Assembly: GCA_902592325.1 (NCBI GenBank)
Contig: CACJEC010000002.1
Span: 10,394-74,393 of the forward strand
Length of the DNA stretch: 64,000 nucleotides
Reading direction: 5' to 3'
DNA from: an uncultured Pelagibacteraceae bacterium
Lineage (GTDB): Bacteria; Pseudomonadota; Alphaproteobacteria; Pelagibacterales; Pelagibacteraceae
Positions 58,155 through 64,000 of the stretch are shown piece after piece. Under the pieces are notes generated by a model that worked only from the letters and a program-made list of their open reading frames with translations, did not search any database and was not told where the DNA came from. The position numbers and the translations under genes were made by a program. Each line of letters opens with the position of its first letter. Positions within the stretch are counted from its first letter, which is position 1.

Positions 58155-59336
58155 ATGAAAAAAATATTTATCGCTGCATTTATTTTTGTTTCTACTTTTA
58201 CAACAAATGTTTTTGCAGAAGTAAAAATGGGAGTCATATTAGGATTTACAGGTCCTATTGAGTCTCTAACACCAGCCATGGCAGCCTCAGCTGAGCTAGC
58301 TTTTAAAGAAGCATCAGATTCAGGTTCGTTGCTAGGTGGTGAAACTATTTCAGTAGTAAGAGCAGATTCAACTTGTGTAGACTCAGCTGCAGCAACAGCA
58401 GCAGCTGAAGGTGTTATTTCACAAGGTGTAGCTGCAATTATGGGTGCTGATTGCTCTGGTGTTACTGGAGCGATAGCTTCAAATGTTGCTGTGCCGAATG
58501 GTGTAGTAATGATTTCCCCATCGGCTACATCACCTGGATTAACTACTTTAGATGACAAAGGGTATTTCTTTAGAACTGCTCCATCTGATGCTAGAGGTGG
58601 TCAAATCTTAGCTGATATTACTAAAGACAGAAAAGTTAAAAGTGTTGCTATCACTTATACAAACAATGACTATGGAAAAGGTTTAGCAGATGTTTATAAA
58701 GCAGCTGTTGAAGCTCATGGTATTAAAGTAACTACAGTAACTGCTCATGAAGATGGGAAAGCAGACTACTCTTCTGAAGTAGCAACTCTTGCTTCAGCAG
58801 GTGGTGATGCTGTTGCTGTTATCGGTTACCTAGACCAAGGTGGTAAAGGAATTATACAAGCTTCTTTAGACTCAGGTGCATTTGATAGATTTATTTTATC
58901 AGATGGTATGATTGGTCAATCACTAGTTGATGCATTTGGGAAAGATTTAAAAAAATCTTTCGGTTCAATGCCAGGATCAACTGGAAAAGGTGCTGGAGTA
59001 TTTGCTAAAGTTGCAAGTGCTGCTGGTATAGACAGTTCTGGTCCATATACAGGTGAGTCTTATGATGCTGCTGCATTAATCGTTTTAGCAATGCAAGCAG
59101 GTAATTCAGCTGATAGAGCATCAATTGCAAAAAATGTAATGGATGTTGCTAACGGTCCTGGAACAAAGATTTATCCAGGTGAGCTTAAAAAAGGTTTAGA
59201 TTTATTAGCTAAAGGTAAAAAAGTTGACTACGAAGGTGCAACTGGAGTTACTTTTACTAGCGTCGGAGAAGCTGAAGGTTCTTTCTTAGAACAAGAAGTT
59301 AAAGGCGGAAAATTCAAAACTAAAAAACAAAGATAA
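58155..59336 (+). CDS. LivJ-family ABC substrate-binding protein (candidate pyroglutamate)
   Basis: Signal peptide from ATG 58155 after AAGGA SD; FTGPIES, GADCSG, SPSATSP, FFRTAPSD, NNDYG, YDAA. Confidence 0.88.
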   Translation: MKKIFIAAFIFVSTFTTNVFAEVKMGVILGFTGPIESLTPAMAASAELAFKEASDSGSLLGGETISVVRADSTCVDSAAATAAAEGVISQGVAAIMGADCSGVTGAIASNVAVPNGVVMISPSATSPGLTTLDDKGYFFRTAPSDARGGQILADITKDRKVKSVAITYTNNDYGKGLADVYKAAVEAHGIKVTTVTAHEDGKADYSSEVATLASAGGDAVAVIGYLDQGGKGIIQASLDSGAFDRFILSDGMIGQSLVDAFGKDLKKSFGSMPGSTGKGAGVFAKVASAAGIDSSGPYTGESYDAAALIVLAMQAGNSADRASIAKNVMDVANGPGTKIYPGELKKGLDLLAKGKKVDYEGATGVTFTSVGEAEGSFLEQEVKGGKFKTKKQR

Positions 59337-59351
59337 TTTATCTTAAAATTT

Positions 59352-59387
59352 AAACCCCCAGCATTAATTTGTTGGGGGTTTTTTTTT
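59352..59387. terminator. Terminator between the convergent SBP gene and permease operon (likely bidirectional)
   Basis: AAACCCCCAGCA-TTAATT-TGTTGGGGGTTTTTTTTT. Confidence 0.85.
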
Positions 59388-59457
59388 AAAAGAACAAATA
59401 TTTATCTGCCATATACAAAGCCCAAGCAATAGCAGCACCTGTTATAACATATTTCAT
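59386..59457 (-). CDS. Candidate 23-aa single-TM microprotein (not in ORF track)
   Basis: ATG-start MKYVITGAAIAWALYMADKYLFF*, 4 nt after the livM stop and ending at the terminator; richer in GC than typical spacers here. Confidence 0.65.
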   Translation of the reverse strand: MKYVITGAAIAWALYMADKYLFF

Positions 59458-59461
59458 AATT

Positions 59462-60832
59462 TTATTTTATTTCTATTTTTTCAGGAAGTATACCTTTTGG
59501 TCTGTATCTCATAATTAATAATAGACCTGCACCCATCATTAAAAATCTAAAATACGGTACACTTTCAATTAAATGAACTTTTAAAAAATGAGCATCATCT
59601 AAACCAGCGGTTGTTAAATTTACCAAATATAATCCAATTGGTGCTGACTCAATCCATAAAAACCAAACAACAAAGCCACCAAGAATTGCTCCAAAGTTAT
59701 TTCCACTTCCTCCAACAATAACCATTACCCAAATCAAAAAAGTATATCTCATTGGTCTATAACTTCCTGGAGTAAATAAACCATCTTGTGTTACCAACAT
59801 AGCTCCTGCTATTCCGACTATTGCAGAACCTAAAACAAAAATTAATAGGTGCTGTTTGACCACATTTTTACCCATAGCATTAGCTGCTTCCTCATTATCT
59901 CTTATAGCTCTCATCATTCTTCCCCATGGAGAATAAAGTGCTTTTTGAGTTAAAATTAAAAGAATAATAACAACTATTAAAAATAGTCCAGAGTAACAAA
60001 GTTTTACAAAAACTGATGATCCTTCAATTACAAATTGATTAAGAGCAGCTTGTCTTTCAGCAAAATCTGAAATTAAATTTAATTTACTTGAATTAAATTT
60101 TTCAACTAAATTAATGAACCAATCAGTTTGTTGTAAATTTACCTCGTAAGGTGCAGGACGTTTTAATCCAATTACATTTTTAACTCCCCTAGTCAGCCAA
60201 TCTTCATGTTTTATAATTGCAATGACAATTTCTGATATCAGTAGTGTAGCTATCGCTAAGTAATCAGCTCTCAAACCTAAGGCAACTTTACCTATTACAA
60301 AAGCTAATCCACCAGCAAACAAAGCCCCAACTATCCAAGAAAAAATAATAGGTAAACCGAAACCTCCTAAGAAACCAGTTTTTGCAGGATCTACTTCTTC
60401 AATTGCTTCAATCCCAGGCTCAGATACAAATCTTATTATGATAATTCCAAGGATAATAATTGTAGCAATAGCGTAAGTTCTATTCTTAGATTTTTCATAT
60501 TTTTTTAAAACATATCTAACAGCTAATACCATTCCAATGATCAAGAACAGACTTAACAAAATATTTAAACCTCCTGCGCTCCAGGCCTCTTGAACTGGAT
60601 TGACAGAAATTAAAACTGCCGCTAAACCACCCAATGCCGTGTAACCCATTATTCCAAAGTTAATAAGACCAGCATAACCCCATTGAATATTAGCACCCAT
60701 TGTCATTACAGCTGAAATCAAACAAAGATTAAATATTGATAGAGCGATATTCCAAGACTGGAATATACCCACAAGTATAATTAATCCCATCATAATGCTG
60801 TAAGCTGCAATTACGTTTAAATTTTTTCTCAC
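59462..60832 (-). CDS. livM: Liv-type ABC permease (LivM-like, large insertion)
   Basis: QWGYAGLINFG, LRADYLAIATL, SPWGRMMRAIRDNE, VGGSGNN. Confidence 0.87.
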   Translation of the reverse strand: MRKNLNVIAAYSIMMGLIILVGIFQSWNIALSIFNLCLISAVMTMGANIQWGYAGLINFGIMGYTALGGLAAVLISVNPVQEAWSAGGLNILLSLFLIIGMVLAVRYVLKKYEKSKNRTYAIATIIILGIIIIRFVSEPGIEAIEEVDPAKTGFLGGFGLPIIFSWIVGALFAGGLAFVIGKVALGLRADYLAIATLLISEIVIAIIKHEDWLTRGVKNVIGLKRPAPYEVNLQQTDWFINLVEKFNSSKLNLISDFAERQAALNQFVIEGSSVFVKLCYSGLFLIVVIILLILTQKALYSPWGRMMRAIRDNEEAANAMGKNVVKQHLLIFVLGSAIVGIAGAMLVTQDGLFTPGSYRPMRYTFLIWVMVIVGGSGNNFGAILGGFVVWFLWIESAPIGLYLVNLTTAGLDDAHFLKVHLIESVPYFRFLMMGAGLLLIMRYRPKGILPEKIEIK

Positions 60833-61839
60833 AGTACCTTCCCTTTAAATATTCCAGATGGTCGATATAACAATACAATTACCAATATTGAAAACGACAC
60901 TGCAAATTTGTAATCAGTTGAGAGTAATTGAACTAAACCATCTGGCTCCATACTTTCTGGTAAAACATACATAAAAAATTTCTTATAGGCATATGTTAAA
61001 AGTATTTCTGAAAAGGCAATAACATAACCTCCTAAAAATGCTCCAAAAGGATTTCCTATTCCACCAACAATAGCAGCAGCAAATATTGGGAGCATATTAT
61101 TAAAATATGTAAAAGGCTTGAAACTTTTGTCTAAACCGTAAAGCGCTCCTCCGATTGTTGCTAAAATACCTGCTATAATCCAAGTTATCATCACTATTTT
61201 TTTTGGATCAATTCCAGAAAGTAAAGCTAAATCCTCATTATCAGAGTAAGCTCTCATGCTTTTCCCAGTTTTAGTTTTATTTAAAAACCAAAAAAGAGTT
61301 GATACGAGAACAATAGTCACCAAAATTGTGATAACTTGAGTTGATTTAATAGCCAACCCTTCATTTAATCCAGTCATATCTTTAAACTCACTTGCTTTAA
61401 TTAAAAACTTTTCACCATCAAAGAATCTTCGATCAGAAGGGCCTATTATTATTCTAACTACAGCTTGAGTTACAAACATTACACCAATACTTACCATTGC
61501 TAATTGAACTGGAGGACTTTTATTTACTCTATAATATTTGAAAACAAACTTATCTATTAAAAGCATATAACCAATCATAAAAATTATTGCAAAAGGAATT
61601 GCAATAAGAGCTGTTGGCAAAAATCCAAGACCAATTCCAACAGACTGAAAATACCAAGTAAATAAAATAGTGAACATAGTACCAAAGGACATCATGTCTC
61701 CTGTAGCAAAATTAGCAAATCGTAAAATTCCATAAATCAACGTTACAAAAATTGCACCTAGAGCTAATTGAGATCCATATGCAAGAGCTGGGACAAAGAT
61801 ATAATTTAATAAAAGAATAATTGCATTTAAGAAATCCAT
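60829..61839 (-). CDS. livH: Liv-type ABC permease (LivH-like)
   Basis: TLIYGILRFANFA.GD, GKSMRA.SDN..LA..SGI, RPSG. Start placed at ATG 61839. Confidence 0.87.
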   Translation of the reverse strand: MDFLNAIILLLNYIFVPALAYGSQLALGAIFVTLIYGILRFANFATGDMMSFGTMFTILFTWYFQSVGIGLGFLPTALIAIPFAIIFMIGYMLLIDKFVFKYYRVNKSPPVQLAMVSIGVMFVTQAVVRIIIGPSDRRFFDGEKFLIKASEFKDMTGLNEGLAIKSTQVITILVTIVLVSTLFWFLNKTKTGKSMRAYSDNEDLALLSGIDPKKIVMITWIIAGILATIGGALYGLDKSFKPFTYFNNMLPIFAAAIVGGIGNPFGAFLGGYVIAFSEILLTYAYKKFFMYVLPESMEPDGLVQLLSTDYKFAVSFSILVIVLLYRPSGIFKGKVL

Positions 61840-61840
61840 A

Positions 61841-62548
61841 TTAACCACCTAAAAAAGAGCTTCTTACTCTTGGATCATTTAATAATTCTTTTCCAGTTCC
61901 AGAGTATCGATTTTCACCAGTAACTAAAACATAACCTCTATCAGAAATATTTAATGCCTGTTTTGCATTTTGTTCAACCATTAAAATTGCAACATTTGTT
62001 TCTTTTACTTTTATAATATGATCAAAAAGTTCATCCATTACTATCGGAGAAACTCCAGCAGTTGGTTCATCTAACATGAGTACCGATGGTTTGATCATCA
62101 GAGCTCTTCCTAAAGCAACCTGTTGTCTTTGACCTCCCGACAATTCTCCCACGAATTGTTTTCTTTTTTCAATCAAAATAGGAAAAAGATTATAAATTTC
62201 ATCAATTACCTTTTTGTAATCTTCATTTACTAAAAATGCTCCCATCTCTAAATTTTCCTCAACTGTCATTCCTGCAAATACATTTTTTGTTTGAGGTACA
62301 AATGAAATTCCTTCTTTCACTCTATCTTGTGGAGAAAGTTTTGAGATGTCCTTACCATCAATAATTACAGAGCCTGATTTTAAATTTAATAAACCCAACA
62401 TGGCTTTCATTGCAGTAGATTTTCCAGCCCCATTAGGTCCAAGAATGGACACTATTTCTCCTCTTTCAACATTAACAGAACATGAATTAATTATGTCTGG
62501 GCCCTTACCATATCCACCTGTCATGTTATTTCCCTCAAAAAATGCCAT
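61841..62548 (-). CDS. livF: Liv-type ABC ATP-binding protein (LivF-like)
   Basis: GPNGAGKS, LSGGQRQQ, DEPTAG, VEQNA. Confidence 0.88.
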   Translation of the reverse strand: MAFFEGNNMTGGYGKGPDIINSCSVNVERGEIVSILGPNGAGKSTAMKAMLGLLNLKSGSVIIDGKDISKLSPQDRVKEGISFVPQTKNVFAGMTVEENLEMGAFLVNEDYKKVIDEIYNLFPILIEKRKQFVGELSGGQRQQVALGRALMIKPSVLMLDEPTAGVSPIVMDELFDHIIKVKETNVAILMVEQNAKQALNISDRGYVLVTGENRYSGTGKELLNDPRVRSSFLGG

Positions 62549-62550
62549 AA

Positions 62551-63336
62551 TTAATTATCTTTCAGTTTTGAACCTCTTCCTAAGTAACTTTCAATTACTC
62601 TTTCATCTTTTTTTGCATCTTCTACTGAACCTTCAAAAAGAACTGACCCCTCAGCCATTACAATTACTGGATCACATAATCTACCTATAAAATCCATATC
62701 GTGCTCAATCATACAAAATGTATAACCCTTTTCTTTATTTAATTTTTCTATAGCTGTTCCAAGATCTTTTAATAAAGTTCTATTAACTCCTGCGCCTACT
62801 TCATCTAATAAGACTAATTTAGCATCAACCATCATTGTTCGACCTAGTTCTAATAATTTTTTTTGTCCTCCAGATAAATTTCCTGCAAGTTCATTTTTTA
62901 AATGGCTTAAATTGAGAAAATCTGCAACTTCCATAGCTTTTTCTTTAATTAAACTTTCTTCTTTTGCAACCAATGAAGGTTTTAATAAAGCATTCATTAG
63001 TTTTTCTCCTGATTGATTACCTGGAACCATCATTAAATTTTCTAAAACAGATAAGTTTGTAAATTCATGCGCTATCTGGAAAGTTCTAAGTAATCCTTTT
63101 GAAAACAGTTCATATGAGGGGACATCAGTTATATTTTCATTATTAAATAAAACACTACCCCCAGATGATTTTAGATTACCGGCAATTAAATTAAACAAAG
63201 TTGTTTTACCAGAGCCATTTGGACCAATAATGCCTGTGATTGTCCCTTTTTTTACATTAAGTGAACAATCAGAAACAGCTGCTAATCCTCCAAAATATTT
63301 TGAGAGATTAGTAATTTCTAAAATGTTCTCTGACAT
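62551..63336 (-). CDS. livG: Liv-type ABC ATP-binding protein (LivG-like)
   Basis: FGGLAAV, GPNGSGKTT, RTFQ, LSGGQKK, IEHDM, YLG. Confidence 0.88.
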   Translation of the reverse strand: MSENILEITNLSKYFGGLAAVSDCSLNVKKGTITGIIGPNGSGKTTLFNLIAGNLKSSGGSVLFNNENITDVPSYELFSKGLLRTFQIAHEFTNLSVLENLMMVPGNQSGEKLMNALLKPSLVAKEESLIKEKAMEVADFLNLSHLKNELAGNLSGGQKKLLELGRTMMVDAKLVLLDEVGAGVNRTLLKDLGTAIEKLNKEKGYTFCMIEHDMDFIGRLCDPVIVMAEGSVLFEGSVEDAKKDERVIESYLGRGSKLKDN

Positions 63337-63339
63337 TTA

Positions 63340-64000
63340 TTATTTATTTAATCTTTTTAAAATATTATTAAGCGATTTTTCTAAAGATTTATAATAACCA
63401 GCTTTTCTTAATTCATTTACACCTTGCCAATTTAATCCTCCTGGTGTTTGTGATTCAGCTACAAAATGCTTCAAATCTTTTTTTGAATTTACTGCTGCTA
63501 GTTGAGCTAGAGCAGAATAAAGAGAGGTTATATATTTTTGAGCCTGTAATCTTTTCAGTCCTTTTTTTACTAACCAATCTGATAGAAGTTTTAACATTTC
63601 ATAAAAAGAAGCCATTGTGCCTGAGGTTGCCCAGAAATTTTGAGAAAGTTTTTCACTTTTAATCTCAATAGTATCACCTATTTTATCAAAGAAGAATTTT
63701 ACTTTTCTGTGTGGAGGAAAAATGGCAACCGGTCCTTTACCTAAAGCAATTGGTGGCATAGGGATTGCTCTTACAACATTAGTTTTTTTTTTTAGAATCT
63801 TTTTTAGTTTTGAATAGTTAATTGTAGATACAAAACTTATAACTGTTTGATTTGATCTAAATCTTAACTGAGGAATTATTTTTTCTCCAACTTCAGGTAA
63901 TACTCCTATAAATACCCAATCAGATTTATCAATAACCTCTTGATTTGTTTTAGCTATGTGTATTTTTTTAAATTTCTTTTTTAAATTGTTAGATTTTTTT
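63340..64000 (-). CDS. proC: Pyrroline-5-carboxylate reductase-like protein (5' end beyond window)
   Basis: Frame is open from the window edge (…NQEVIDKSDWVFIGVLP…VISF…VVRAIPMPP) to the C-terminal QTPGGLN.QG dimer motif. Confidence 0.78.
   Translation of the reverse strand, partial: KKSNNLKKKFKKIHIAKTNQEVIDKSDWVFIGVLPEVGEKIIPQLRFRSNQTVISFVSTINYSKLKKILKKKTNVVRAIPMPPIALGKGPVAIFPPHRKVKFFFDKIGDTIEIKSEKLSQNFWATSGTMASFYEMLKLLSDWLVKKGLKRLQAQKYITSLYSALAQLAAVNSKKDLKHFVAESQTPGGLNWQGVNELRKAGYYKSLEKSLNNILKRLNK

Noticed and set aside
58124-58558. 144-aa antisense ORF
   Set aside because: Mirror frame of the SBP gene caused by its codon bias. The same applies to the other short ORFs nested in identified genes (e.g. 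1485, 6737, 10955, 16599, 21948, 27129, 55876, 62346).

Overview
AT-rich, very gene-dense bacterial chromosome segment with tiny intergenic gaps. Gene content and composition fit a streamlined marine alphaproteobacterium of the SAR11/Pelagibacter type (inferred, not searched). From 1-13 kb it is housekeeping: pdxA tail, rsmA, gmk, acpP-fabG-fabD, rpsF-rpsR-rplI, dnaB, an MMPL transporter, cvpA-purF, cmk. The rest is a nutrient-scavenging and C1 region: an Ehu-type ABC transporter; MOSC and PhyH genes; a DMT-creatinase-glycine amidinotransferase operon; moeA/mobA; a Liv-type ABC transporter; a Mo-dependent formate dehydrogenase (fdhD, beta, alpha) followed directly by a metal-free NAD-FDH; selO; tspO; a ufaD/ufaO/ufaM-like lipid-modification cluster; gcvTHP with a tandem glycine riboswitch; pxpABC flanked by TRAP and Liv-type ABC transporters; and a partial proC-like gene. 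The strongest leads are (1) the creatinase plus amidinotransferase operon, (2) a 60-aa, 8-Cys protein behind a perfect inverted pair of Fur-type boxes, (3) two unannotated single-TM microproteins, one ending each Liv-type operon, and (4) paired metal-dependent and metal-free FDHs with unexplained repeated regulatory motifs. No tRNA, rRNA, CRISPR array or mobile element was seen. All family assignments come from motif recognition and recalled reference sequences; no database search was run.
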